The notes under the pieces were generated by a model. That model had not been told where the DNA came from, ran no database searches, and saw nothing but the letters and a program-made list of their open reading frames with translations. A program made the translations under genes and the position numbers. From positions 320,001-384,000 of the forward strand of contig OZ219786.1 in assembly GCA_964291285.2 (NCBI GenBank): a DNA stretch of 64,000 nt, written 5' to 3'. Positions 19,396-31,554 of the stretch are shown in pieces. The number at the start of each line of letters is the position of its first letter. The stretch's first letter is position 1. This DNA is from Alphaproteobacteria bacterium (GTDB lineage Bacteria > Pseudomonadota > Alphaproteobacteria > Bin95).

Positions 19396-19462
19396 CGCCG
19401 TTGTGCGGGCAGGGCGGCATGGCTATAACGCCGCGCCCGCCGTGCTGGGGAGGAGACCTGAA

Positions 19463-19885
19463 GTGGCGACCGAACGCACATTGTCTATCGTGAAGCCCGA
19501 CGCGACCCGACGCCAACTGACGGGAGAGATCATCGCCCGGCTGGAGAAGGCCGGGCTCAGGGTCGTGGCCCAGAAGCGCATCCGGCTGACGCGGGAGCAG
19601 GCGGAAGGCTTCTACGCCGAGCACAGCGAGCGGCCCTTTTTCGACGATCTCTGCACCTTCATGACCTCGGGCCCCGTCGTCGTGCAGGTGCTCGAATGCG
19701 AGGGCGCCATCGAACTCAATCGGGAGATCATGGGCGTCACCAACCCGGCCAATGCGGCCGAGGGCACGATCCGCAAGGACTATGGCGAGTCGATCGAGGC
19801 GAATTCCGTCCACGGCTCCGACTCTCCCGAAAGCGCGGCGCGCGAGATCGCCTATTTCTTCAGCGCCTGCGAAATCGTCGGCTAA
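19463..19885 (+). CDS. ndk: Nucleoside diphosphate kinase
   Basis: [27 protein letters not shown]; AGGAG RBS, GTG start. Confidence 0.97.
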   Translation: MATERTLSIVKPDATRRQLTGEIIARLEKAGLRVVAQKRIRLTREQAEGFYAEHSERPFFDDLCTFMTSGPVVVQVLECEGAIELNREIMGVTNPANAAEGTIRKDYGESIEANSVHGSDSPESAAREIAYFFSACEIVG

Positions 19886-20634
19886 ACCCGGTCCGGGCTG
19901 TCGACGCGAGCTACAGTCAACGCATCGACCCGGGCCGCGCCGGCGCGCTTGAGGGTCCGCGCGCAGGCCTCAAGCGTTGCCCCGGTCGTCAACACATCGT
20001 CCACGACAACTATTCGCGCGCCGCGGACCCGGTCCCGCCAGGCCGGCGCGACGCGGAATGCGCCGGCGACATTGCGTCCCCGCTCATTGCGCCCGAGTTC
20101 CGTCTGCGGGCGCGTGCGCCTTACGCGCCGCAAGAGGTCGGGAGCGAAGGCCGCCTCGCCTCCGGCAGCGAGCCGTCCCGCCAGCAGCGCGGCCTGGTTG
20201 TAGCGCCGCCGGTATAGCCGCATCCAGTGAAGCGGCACCGGGGCGACCCAATCCGCGTCCTTCAGCAGCACAGCGCCGGCTTCCCGCGCCCATGCTGACA
20301 GCAGCGGCGCCAGGCCGGTTTCGTCTCGGAACTTGAAGCGCTGGACAAGGTTTCTTGCGTTACCGCCGTAAATCAGCGCGCTTCTTGCCCGATCATAGGC
20401 AGGGTGTTTCGCCATGCACGCGCCGCAAAGCGAGCCGGCCTCCGCCTGGAAGGCGAAGGGCCGCCCGCAACTGTCGCACAACGGCTCGGCAATGAACTCG
20501 AGGTCCGACCAGCAGGCCCCGCAGACAGTCGCCGGGTCCGCTACCGGGCCCCGGCAAGAAGCGCAGCGCGGCGGCAGCGCGAGGTCCAGCAACCGCCGTG
20601 CAAACGCCGCAGCCTTCGTTTCGGGAAACACCAT
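19882..20634 (-). CDS. comF: ComF family protein (zinc ribbon + PRTase)
   Basis: Four CxxC pairs, [22 protein letters not shown]. Confidence 0.92.
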   Translation of the reverse strand: MVFPETKAAAFARRLLDLALPPRCASCRGPVADPATVCGACWSDLEFIAEPLCDSCGRPFAFQAEAGSLCGACMAKHPAYDRARSALIYGGNARNLVQRFKFRDETGLAPLLSAWAREAGAVLLKDADWVAPVPLHWMRLYRRRYNQAALLAGRLAAGGEAAFAPDLLRRVRRTRPQTELGRNERGRNVAGAFRVAPAWRDRVRGARIVVVDDVLTTGATLEACARTLKRAGAARVDALTVARVDSPDRV

Positions 20635-20643
20635 CGGCCGGGA

Positions 20644-22176
20644 TCAGGCGGGGCGGCTCCAGAACCGCGTCGTGCCGTCGCGGTCGAGCTGTTCCACGAG
20701 GCCGGTCTCCCAGTCGAGATAAGCCTGCATGTTCTCCTCGACGGTCCCGCCCTGCTCATAGGGCTTCAGCCACACATCGTCGGCCGTATCCGCCATGTGC
20801 CAGGCGCCGCTTTCCAGCGGCCCGGTCCATGCCTCCGTGCCGCCCTCCAGCACGGAGACAGGCCGGTCGAAATCGCCGGCGGCCAGATGCGCCAGCCGCC
20901 CGTCCGGAGAGGTGAAGACATAGCGTTCCGCGTCCGGCAGGCGCGCCGAGGCAAGCCGCGAGCGGATCGCGAACCAGGCGCCCGGTATATGGCCTTCGGC
21001 ATAGCTGCGGCTGTCGGCGAAATCGACCACGACCGCGCCTTCGACGGCCTCCGGGCCGACCGTCGGCACATCGGCCAGACCCGGAATGTCGGCATCGACA
21101 GGTCCGGCCTCCAGCGGGCCGCCCTCCAGCACGCCTTCCAGCACGGCTGCATCCCAGTTCATCTGCCGGAGCCAGTGCGCGGTCATGGCGGCGCGAACGC
21201 CGTTGTCGTCCACAAGGAAGATGCGCGCGCCGCGCACCGCCGCATAGCGGTCGGTCGCCTGCACCAGCTGTCCGCCGGGCGCCGAACGCGACCCCTTCAG
21301 ATGCCCCGCCTCGAATTCGTGCGGATGGCGGACATCGAACACATAGGTGGTCCGGCCGGGCGCAGGCGGGATTTCGCGCACGACCGGCACCTCGAAACGC
21401 TCCGCAACCGCCGCGGCGCAGGCGCGCGCCGCTTCCAGCCCGGCCGCGCTCGGCTCCGGCGCCGGGCGCTCGTTGCCCCGCTCCAGTTCGAGGCCGGCGA
21501 GATGCCAGCCCATCGTGCCGTTTCGCAACGCCGCCACCCGGTTCGGGATCCCCGCATTTATCAGGGACTGCGCCCCGATGATGCTGCGCGTCCGCCCCGC
21601 GCAATTGACGATCACCGTGGTATCCGGAGACGGCGCGAGGTCGTGGACGCGATAGACCAGTTCCGCTCCGGGACAGCAGGTCCCGGTCGGAATGTTCATG
21701 TTGCGGAATTCGTCCATCGGCCGGCTGTCCAGCACGACCACCGGGTCCGGGCCGTCCAGCATGTCGCTGAGTTCCTCGGCCGACACGGACGGGGTGTCGT
21801 AGGCGTGCTCGACATATTCGCCGAAGGCCTTGCTCGGCACGTTGAAGCCGGAGAACACCTCGTAGCCCGCCTGCCGCCAGGCCTCGACGCCGTTCGCAAA
21901 CAGGGCGATGTCGGTGTAGCCGAGCTCATGGAGCCGCGCCGCGCCGCGTTCCGCAAGGCCGCCGCCATTGTCGGTCGCGACGATTTTCGTCGCCGCACGC
22001 GGCACGAGGTCGCGGATAGACAGTTCCAGCCGGGAGAGCGGGATATTGCAGGCGTGGAGCAGATGCGCGGGCGCGAACGAGCCCTCCTCGCGGAAGTCGA
22101 TGATGGCGAGTTCGTCCTCTCCGTCGAGCGCCTTTCGCAATTCCTCGGCCGAGATCGGGCTATAGTTCTCGCTCAT
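20644..22176 (-). CDS. Multi-domain rhodanese-like sulfurtransferase
   Basis: Repeated rhodanese units: IDFRE..F..AH, LDSRP..EF, VNCAGRTRS, FDVRH..EF..GH, GHIPGA. Confidence 0.85.
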   Translation of the reverse strand: MSENYSPISAEELRKALDGEDELAIIDFREEGSFAPAHLLHACNIPLSRLELSIRDLVPRAATKIVATDNGGGLAERGAARLHELGYTDIALFANGVEAWRQAGYEVFSGFNVPSKAFGEYVEHAYDTPSVSAEELSDMLDGPDPVVVLDSRPMDEFRNMNIPTGTCCPGAELVYRVHDLAPSPDTTVIVNCAGRTRSIIGAQSLINAGIPNRVAALRNGTMGWHLAGLELERGNERPAPEPSAAGLEAARACAAAVAERFEVPVVREIPPAPGRTTYVFDVRHPHEFEAGHLKGSRSAPGGQLVQATDRYAAVRGARIFLVDDNGVRAAMTAHWLRQMNWDAAVLEGVLEGGPLEAGPVDADIPGLADVPTVGPEAVEGAVVVDFADSRSYAEGHIPGAWFAIRSRLASARLPDAERYVFTSPDGRLAHLAAGDFDRPVSVLEGGTEAWTGPLESGAWHMADTADDVWLKPYEQGGTVEENMQAYLDWETGLVEQLDRDGTTRFWSRPA

Positions 22177-22206
22177 GGGGTTTCCTTCCGGCGCAGCGGG
22201 GCGTCG

Positions 22207-22980
22207 ATGATACCGCAACTCTTCGACCGGGGCGCCCTTCGCCGCCACCGCGACCGCGCCGCCGCTGCACCTCCCGGCGCGGATTTCCTGTTTCGCGAGG
22301 TGGCGGAGCGGCTGGCGGACCGCCTCGACGATGTGACCGTCAGCTTCCCGCTCGCGCTCGATATCGGCGCGCGCGACGGCGTGCTGGCGTGCGCGCTGCA
22401 CGGGCGGGGGGGCATCGAGACCCTCATCCGCCTGGAGGCCTCGGAGGCGCTTTGCCGCGCCGGGGGCGGCGTCGGCGCCGTCGGCGAGGAGGACAATCTG
22501 CCCTTCGCGGCCGGGAGCTTCCATCTGATTGCAAGCAATCTTGCCCTGCACTGGACCCAGGACCTTCCGGGCGCGCTCGCCCAGATAAAGCGCGCGCTCA
22601 AGCCCGGCGGCCTCTTCCTCGCAAGCCTTTTCGGCGGCGAAACGCTGACCGAGCTGCGCCAGGGCCTGCTCGCCGCCGATGCGGCCGCGTCCGGCGGCGC
22701 AGCGCCCCGGGTTTCCCCCTTCGCGGACCTGCGCGACGCCGCCGGGCTGCTGCAGCGCGCCGGATTTGAGTTGCCGGTCGCCGATCTGGACACCATCCGG
22801 GTCACTTACGAATCCCCCTTCAAGCTGATGGCCGACCTTCGCGCCATGGGCGAGACCAATGCGCTGGCGGCGCGGCCCCGCCATTTCGCGCGCCGCGCGC
22901 TGTTCGCCGAACTCGCCTCGCAATACACCGCCCGGCAGGCAGCGACGTTCCAGGTCATCTATCTCTCCGGCTGGGCCTGA
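22207..22980 (+). CDS. SAM-dependent methyltransferase (BioC/NDUFAF5-like)
   Basis: LFDR, FL..EVAERL.DRL, LDIGA, NLALHW, PRVSPF, GLLQRAGF.LPVAD. Confidence 0.88.
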   Translation: MIPQLFDRGALRRHRDRAAAAPPGADFLFREVAERLADRLDDVTVSFPLALDIGARDGVLACALHGRGGIETLIRLEASEALCRAGGGVGAVGEEDNLPFAAGSFHLIASNLALHWTQDLPGALAQIKRALKPGGLFLASLFGGETLTELRQGLLAADAAASGGAAPRVSPFADLRDAAGLLQRAGFELPVADLDTIRVTYESPFKLMADLRAMGETNALAARPRHFARRALFAELASQYTARQAATFQVIYLSGWA

Positions 22981-23999
22981 TCCGCGACGCCGCACCGCAG
23001 GAGGCGGGTTCCTGCGACCATCGCACGCAGCTTTTCCCTCGCCAGCCAGCGCGGCAGCGCCGAGAAGCCGCAATCGGCCGTGACCCAGAGGCGGTCCCGC
23101 GGCACCACCTCCAGCACCCTCTCCAGCCGCGCGGCCACTTCCCCGGGCGTTTCAATGTGGAACGACTTCACATCGACCACGCCGGCCGCGATCCGGAAGC
23201 GCTCGGCCAAAGCCGGCAATGTGTCGAGGTCCGCCATTTCCCGGTTTGCGAACTCCAGCACCAGCATCGAGCAGTCGAGCATGGCCATGCCCGGGAGCAG
23301 GCGGGTGAAGCCGCGCGGCGAATAGGGGCGGGACGCATTGTTGCCGAAGCAGATATGAACCGCGACGCGGTCCGCATGGCCGGCGATGGCGGTGTTGATC
23401 GCCTCGGCGCAGGCCCTGCTGTCCATGCCGTGCGAGAGGTCGGTGAAGCCCGGCTCGTCGATCTGGATGAGTTCGGCGTCTTCGCCGGCGAGCCTGTCGA
23501 GTTCGTCCCTCACAATGCCGGCGATGTCGTCGAGCAGCGCCGCCCTGTCGCCGCCATAGGGGCCTTCGGGCTCGATCTTGGGCATGAAGGTCAGAGGGCC
23601 GGGAAACGCAACCTTGAGCCGGCTGCCCGGCGCCAGCTCCCTGAGGCGGCGGAACTCGGCCGCGATGCCGAGCCCGCCGGGCGCCGCCACCCGTTCCCTG
23701 GCGGTGAAATGGGGGGCCCGGTCATAACCGGGCACGCCGAGGCGCCGGCCTGCCGGAATCCGCTCGATACCGGTCAGCCGGTCGTACATCTCGTAAACGA
23801 ATCGGCTCCGGCGGAGTTCGCCGTCGGAGACGATGTCCACGCCCGCTTCGATCTGGTCGGCAATCGCGATGCGGGTCGCGTCGTCGAAGGCTTCCTCGAC
23901 ATCCTCGGCCCCGGTCCGGCCCGCGCGCATGGCCTCCCGGAACAGGAACAGCCAGCCGGGCGCCGCATAGGACCCCACGCCCATTGTCGGCAAATCCAT
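22959..23999 (-). CDS. Short (single-barrel) cobalamin-independent methionine synthase family protein
   Basis: VGSY, SDGELRR, IQIDEP, Zn ligands HICFGN and ADCG; ~346 aa. Confidence 0.85.
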   Translation of the reverse strand: MDLPTMGVGSYAAPGWLFLFREAMRAGRTGAEDVEEAFDDATRIAIADQIEAGVDIVSDGELRRSRFVYEMYDRLTGIERIPAGRRLGVPGYDRAPHFTARERVAAPGGLGIAAEFRRLRELAPGSRLKVAFPGPLTFMPKIEPEGPYGGDRAALLDDIAGIVRDELDRLAGEDAELIQIDEPGFTDLSHGMDSRACAEAINTAIAGHADRVAVHICFGNNASRPYSPRGFTRLLPGMAMLDCSMLVLEFANREMADLDTLPALAERFRIAAGVVDVKSFHIETPGEVAARLERVLEVVPRDRLWVTADCGFSALPRWLAREKLRAMVAGTRLLRCGVADQAQPER

Positions 24000-24071
24000 G
24001 CCGCTCCTCCTTCTCGACCGCCGCACCGGGATAGTAACGGCTTCTCCGGCGCCGGGAAGCTTTCCGACGGT

Positions 24072-24430
24072 TGCGGGAGTGTCATGAAAATGTCATGTTT
24101 TGTCATGAGGCCCGCCGAAAATGTCATGTTTTGTCATGGTGCGCCGGCCTTCGTTCGAAACGCCGGCATCCGTATCCTGATCCCGCATACGGTACCTCCA
24201 TCGTGTTCCGTTCTCCCCGCCGCCGGCCTGCCCGGCAGGAGGGACCCTTTTCCGCGCGTATCGCGGGCGCGCGCGGGCGGGCGTCGGCGCCGGCGCGGTT
24301 CGCGCGCCTGATTGCGCCTGCGCGCGCGAGGCCCATGCGCAGGGCGCACGTCTCCCGTCCGTTTCTCAGGGGTCTTTTCGCGCCGGCGCGAAGCGGCCCT
24401 GCAGATGCCGCTTCCGTTGCCCCATATTAG
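24072..24430 (-). repeat. Dispersed cassette copy B (its promoter continues at 26449-26500 beyond IS1634)
   Basis: TGTCATG at 24080, 24091, 24101, 24122, 24132; 24241-24420 homologous to the reverse complement of the copy A leader. Confidence 0.85.
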
Positions 24431-26444
24431 CCCGACTTCCGCAACTCGGCTTGAGAATCGACTGATTTGACGGTTTTCCGGCGCGAGAAGTGTCGGATTT
24501 CGGTGCAGTACCTCTCGGGACCGGCTTGTAGTGCCGACCTACCCCCTTGATCGGGCTGGCGAAGATCCGGACGCTGCGCTGATGTTCGTGCGCTGCAAGA
24601 GACGCTTCAAGGACGGCAAGGAGCACCGCTACTGGAGCGTTGTGGAGAACGTCCGGGTCCACGGCGGTCGGGTTGTTCAGCGTCAGGTGCTCTATCTCGG
24701 GGAGATCAACGACAGCCAGCGAGCGGCGTGGTGCCGCTCGATCGAGGTGGTGGAGGGCAAGTCGCGATCACGGCAGATGGCGCTGTTTCCCGAGGACCGG
24801 GAGGCGCCGGCGCTGACTTGCGAAGTGGTGAAGATCGACCTCTCGCAGGTGGCGCTTCACGACCCGCGCCAGTGGGGGGCGTGCTGGCTGGCGCTGTCCT
24901 TGTGGGACCGCCTGGACCTGGACCGCTTCTGGGAAGAGCGGCTGCCGGCGAGCCGGCAAGGCACGCGGTGGCTGGACATCCTGAAGATCCAGGTCTGCTA
25001 CCGGCTGATCGACCCGGGCAGCGAGTGGCGCCTTCACCGTCACTGGTATGAGCACAGCGCGCTTCGCGATCTTCTGGGTGGCGAGCGGGCGATCGCCGAC
25101 GACACACTCTATCGCTGTCTCGACAAGCTGCTGGCGCACAAGCAGGGCTTCTTCTCGTTTCTGCGCGACCGCTGGGCGACGCTGTTCGAGGCGCGCTTCG
25201 ACGTGCTGCTCTACGACCTGACCTCGACCTACTTCGAGAGCGATCCGCCGTTCGATGACAAGCGCCGCTTCGGCTACAGCCGGGACAAGCGGCCCGACTG
25301 CGTGCAGGTGGTGATCGCCCTGATCGTTACGCCGCAGGGCTTTCCGCTGGCCTATGAGGTGATGCCGGGCAACACCTCCGACGACACCACGCTGGCGGCG
25401 TTCCTCAAGAAGATCGAGGATCAGTATGGCCGCTCCGAGCGGGTGTGGATCATGGACCGCGGCATCCCCACCGAGGAGACGCTGGCCGCGATGCGCGAGG
25501 GCGAGGCGCCGGTGCGCTACCTGGTGGGCACGCCCAAGGGCCGGCTGACGCGGCTCGAGAAGGTGTTCCTGGGCCTGCCCTGGCAGGAGGTGCGCCAGTC
25601 CGTGACTGTCAAGCTTCTGGTCGAGGATGGCGAGCTCTACGTCCTGGTGCGCAGCGAGGGGCGGCAGGTGAAGGAACGCGGCATGCGCCGGCGCCGGCTG
25701 AAGAGGCTGTGGCGTCGATTGGCCGAGTTGCAAGGGCAGTCGAACAGCCGGGATCAGTTGTTGCTCAAGCTCGGCGCCGCCAGGAAGGAGGCCGGCCGGG
25801 CCTGGAGCCTGGTCGACATCACCGTGCCCGGGACCGACAGCGAACTCGCCGCCAACGGCTTCTCATTCCGCCTGCAGCGCGACCGGCTGCGCCAGGTCCG
25901 CCGCCGCGAGGGCCGTTACCTGCTGCGATCCAACATGGTCGCCGAAGACCCCGCCACGCTGTGGCATCTGTACATGCAGCTCGTCGAGATCGAGCAGGCG
26001 TTCAAGGAACTCAAGCACGACCTCGCGATCCGCCCCATCTTCCATCAGCGCCAAGAGCGCATCGAGGCGCATATCTTCGTCTCGTTCATCGCCTACTGCC
26101 TGCTGGTGACCCTGAAGAACCTCGCCCGGCCGCGCGCCCCGGGCCTCACCCCACGCGCCATCCTTGAGGCCTTCGCCACCATCCAGATGGTGGACGTCCA
26201 TCTGCCAACCACCGACGGCCGGCACCTCGTCCTGCCGCGCCACACCCGGCCGAACAAGGAGCACGAGCTACTGCTGCAACAGCTCGGCATGACCTGGCCG
26301 CAGCAACCCGCACCCCGGATCTCCGCCTGACGGCACACGGCGCCGCCTCTCCGTTCGCCGCCTTGTAGTGCCGACCCTCGGGGAGACGATCAAGGCTATT
26401 CAATGAGTTAGCATCCTCATGACCCCCGAGTTGCGGAAGTCGGG
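24431..26444 (+). mobile_element. Complete IS1634-family insertion sequence
   Basis: Perfect 19-bp terminal IR CCCGACTTCCGCAACTCGG (24431-24449 / 26426-26444); TTAG duplication at 24427-24430 and 26445-26448. Confidence 0.92.
24582..26330 (+). CDS. IS1634-family DDE transposase
   Basis: YWSVVEN, YDLTSTYFE, GYSRDKRPD, IMDRG, IEQAFKELK, IRPIFHQ..RIEAH. Confidence 0.93.
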   Translation: MFVRCKRRFKDGKEHRYWSVVENVRVHGGRVVQRQVLYLGEINDSQRAAWCRSIEVVEGKSRSRQMALFPEDREAPALTCEVVKIDLSQVALHDPRQWGACWLALSLWDRLDLDRFWEERLPASRQGTRWLDILKIQVCYRLIDPGSEWRLHRHWYEHSALRDLLGGERAIADDTLYRCLDKLLAHKQGFFSFLRDRWATLFEARFDVLLYDLTSTYFESDPPFDDKRRFGYSRDKRPDCVQVVIALIVTPQGFPLAYEVMPGNTSDDTTLAAFLKKIEDQYGRSERVWIMDRGIPTEETLAAMREGEAPVRYLVGTPKGRLTRLEKVFLGLPWQEVRQSVTVKLLVEDGELYVLVRSEGRQVKERGMRRRRLKRLWRRLAELQGQSNSRDQLLLKLGAARKEAGRAWSLVDITVPGTDSELAANGFSFRLQRDRLRQVRRREGRYLLRSNMVAEDPATLWHLYMQLVEIEQAFKELKHDLAIRPIFHQRQERIEAHIFVSFIAYCLLVTLKNLARPRAPGLTPRAILEAFATIQMVDVHLPTTDGRHLVLPRHTRPNKEHELLLQQLGMTWPQQPAPRISA

Positions 26445-26448
26445 TTAG

Positions 26449-28778
<2,330 letters not shown>

Positions 28779-28783
28779 CGGCC

Positions 28784-29767
28784 ATGCACCGCCTCTCCGT
28801 CGCGCCGATGATGGACCGGACGGACCGGCACTGCCGCTTCTTCCACCGGCTGCTCTCGCGGCGCACACGCCTCTATACCGAGATGCTGACGGCCGGGGCG
28901 GTCATTCACGGCGACCGGGACCGGCTGCTGGGCTTCGACCCGGTCGAGCATCCCGTCGCGCTGCAACTGGGCGGGAGCGAGCCGGCGATGCTGGCGCAGG
29001 CGGCGCGCATCGGCGAGCGGCTGGGTTATGACGAGATCAACCTCAATTGTGGCTGCCCGAGCGACCGGGTGAAGAAGGGCCGCTTCGGCGCGAGCCTGAT
29101 GGCCGAGCCGGAACTTGTCGGCCGCTGCCTCGCCGCCATGCGCGAGGCGGTCTCGGTCCCCGTAACCGTCAAGTGCCGCGTGGGCATAGACGACCAGGAC
29201 GACGATGCGCTCGAACGCTTCGCCTGGACCGTCCACGCGCTTTCGGGCGTCACCGTCTTCATCGTCCATGCCCGCAAGGCGTGGCTCGAGGGCCTCAGCC
29301 CGAAGGAGAACCGGGAAGTTCCGCCCCTGCGCTACGAACTGGCGTTCCGCCTGAAGGCAGAGCGCCCGGACCTGTGCATCGTGCTGAACGGCGGCGTTTC
29401 CGGCCTCGACGAGGCGGAAGCCCTTCTTGAGGACGGGGCCGTCGATGGCGTCATGCTGGGCCGGGCCGCCTATTCGGACCCCTGGCTGCTCGCCGATGCG
29501 GACCGGCGCCTGTTCCGTGTGGAAAACCCGGTGCAGTCGCGGCAGGAGGCCGTAGAAGTGCTGCTGCCTTACGCCGAACGGCTGGCGGCGGACGGCATCC
29601 GCCTGCATGCGCTCACCCGGCATGTCCACGGGCTGTTCCAGGGCTGCCCCGGCGCCCGCGCCTTCCGCCGCCACCTGGCGGAGAACGCACACCTGCCGGG
29701 CGCGGACTCCGAAGTGCTCGCCGCAGCCGCAAGCCTCGCGACCCCGCCCGACCGCCTGGCGGCGTGA
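28784..29767 (+). CDS. dusA: tRNA dihydrouridine(20/20a) synthase
   Basis: APMMDRTDRH, ALQLGGS, NLNCGCPS, VHARKAWL.GLSPKENR. Confidence 0.94.
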   Translation: MHRLSVAPMMDRTDRHCRFFHRLLSRRTRLYTEMLTAGAVIHGDRDRLLGFDPVEHPVALQLGGSEPAMLAQAARIGERLGYDEINLNCGCPSDRVKKGRFGASLMAEPELVGRCLAAMREAVSVPVTVKCRVGIDDQDDDALERFAWTVHALSGVTVFIVHARKAWLEGLSPKENREVPPLRYELAFRLKAERPDLCIVLNGGVSGLDEAEALLEDGAVDGVMLGRAAYSDPWLLADADRRLFRVENPVQSRQEAVEVLLPYAERLAADGIRLHALTRHVHGLFQGCPGARAFRRHLAENAHLPGADSEVLAAAASLATPPDRLAA

Positions 29768-29813
29768 GGTCTTCAGGATATTCCACAACGGAAAACAGGA
29801 CGGAATAGCCGGA

Positions 29814-30695
29814 ATGAACCGACTCGAACTGGGTATGCTTGAACAAGTAGAGGTCCGAAGAGTTTGGCCGCACGAGGCTCAGGACTTCACACCCTGGTTG
29901 GCGGAAAACCTCGACAGCTTGTCCGCCGTATTGCATGTGGACCTTGAGCAGGAGGGCATCGAGGTACAGGTCGGGCCATATCGAGCGGATATCGTCGCCC
30001 GAATCGCGCAGGATGGCCCTCGCGTGCTCATCGAAAACCAGCTTGAAGAAGCAGACTTGCAGCACTTGGGGCAGGTACTCGCCTATCTAGCAGGCTTGGA
30101 CGCTGAGATTGTTGTTTGGGTTGCGGCTGGCTTCAACGAGGCGCATTTGTCCGCAATCCGCTGGCTGAACGAACACACAGCGGATCCGTTCGCTTTCTTT
30201 GCAGTTAAGCTGGAGGTCGTTCGCATCGGCGATTCAAAACCCGCACCGGTGTTCGATGTGCTCGAGCGCCCGAACCGTTGGCAACGCCAGGCGCAGGAGG
30301 TCAATCGAAGCGGCGAGCTCAGCGAACTCGGTAGGTTTCGACGGGATTTTTGGACGCACTTCGTTTCTCGGATACCCGATGCGCCGGGGCTTTGGCCTGG
30401 CTACGCGGCGAGTAGCGTGTGGCACCCAGTGGACGAAGCTGAGTTGACTATCGTTCAATTCCTAGCCAGCGATAGAGTCGGCATTTTCATGCGCGGCAAC
30501 CGAGGCGAATCGCGCGAGGACGCGAAAATCAAGATCGAGTCCTACTCCGCAGCTCTCGGCGAGGCACTGAATGGCGAATTCGACTCAGGCGTATTGACTC
30601 TCAGGGTGAATTCGAGAGACCGGCGTAATTGGGACAAGATGGTCGATTGGCTGGACGATCGGCGGCAAACCTATGCGAGAGTCCTGTCAGGGTAG
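29814..30695 (+). CDS. DUF4268-associated, endonuclease-like hypothetical protein
   Basis: WPHEAQDFTPWL, ADI..VLIENQL..D..HLGQ..YLAG (PD-(D/E)xK-like N-domain); lower GC than neighbours. Confidence 0.7.
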   Translation: MNRLELGMLEQVEVRRVWPHEAQDFTPWLAENLDSLSAVLHVDLEQEGIEVQVGPYRADIVARIAQDGPRVLIENQLEEADLQHLGQVLAYLAGLDAEIVVWVAAGFNEAHLSAIRWLNEHTADPFAFFAVKLEVVRIGDSKPAPVFDVLERPNRWQRQAQEVNRSGELSELGRFRRDFWTHFVSRIPDAPGLWPGYAASSVWHPVDEAELTIVQFLASDRVGIFMRGNRGESREDAKIKIESYSAALGEALNGEFDSGVLTLRVNSRDRRNWDKMVDWLDDRRQTYARVLSG

Positions 30696-30741
30696 GAGGT
30701 GGCAAGTGTGCCGGACCGGCTCGCGGCGTGAGGCCCGAGCG

Positions 30742-31536
30742 CTACCGCGCGGTCCAGCCGCCATCGATCACGAGTTCGGCGCCTGTCATGAACGAGCTGT
30801 CCGCCGAGGCGAGGAAGAGGACGCCCGCCGCGATGTCGGCCGGGCCGCCGAGGCGCTTGATCGGGTGCTGGTCCATGACGAACTGACGCGCGGCATTGTC
30901 GGACATGCCGGTGCTCATCCAGCGGTCCAGCACCTGCACCGCCATGTCGGTTTCGATCAGGCCCGGATGGACCGAGTTCACGCGGATGTTGTAGCCGAGT
31001 TGCGAGGCCTCGAGCGCGGCCGACTTGGTCAGCAGACGGACCGCGCCCTTGGACGCGCTGTAGATCCCCGAGAGCGGCGAGCCGACGAGGCCGGCGACGG
31101 AGGAGATATTGACGATGCTGGCGGCTTCGGCGCCCGCCGGTATGTTCTTCATCGAGCGGAAGGCGTGCTTTATGCCGAGAAAGACGCCCATGACATTCAC
31201 GTCCATCAGCCGGCGGTAGTCCTCGACGGACATCTCCTCAAGCTTCGCGTAGCTGTAGACGCCGGCATTGTTGACGAGGATGTTCAGCGCCCCGAACCGC
31301 CTCTCGGCTTCGGCGACCGCGCTTTCCCAGCCCGCTTCGTCGGTCACGTCCTGGGCGATGAAATGCGCGTCGCCGCCCGCGGCCCCGATTTCCTCCACCG
31401 TCCGGTGGCCGTTCTCCTCGATGAGGTCGGAGACGGCGACCTTCGCCCCCGCCTCCGCCAGCCGCCGCGCGATTCCGGCCCCGATGCCGCGTCCCGCGCC
31501 CGTTACCAGCGCGACCTTTCCGTCCACACGGTTCAT
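30742..31536 (-). CDS. SDR oxidoreductase
   Basis: TGAGRGIG, NNAG, NISS, YSASK, NSVHPG, IDGG. Confidence 0.92.
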   Translation of the reverse strand: MNRVDGKVALVTGAGRGIGAGIARRLAEAGAKVAVSDLIEENGHRTVEEIGAAGGDAHFIAQDVTDEAGWESAVAEAERRFGALNILVNNAGVYSYAKLEEMSVEDYRRLMDVNVMGVFLGIKHAFRSMKNIPAGAEAASIVNISSVAGLVGSPLSGIYSASKGAVRLLTKSAALEASQLGYNIRVNSVHPGLIETDMAVQVLDRWMSTGMSDNAARQFVMDQHPIKRLGGPADIAAGVLFLASADSSFMTGAELVIDGGWTAR

Positions 31537-31554
31537 TCGTCATTGCTCCTTCGG

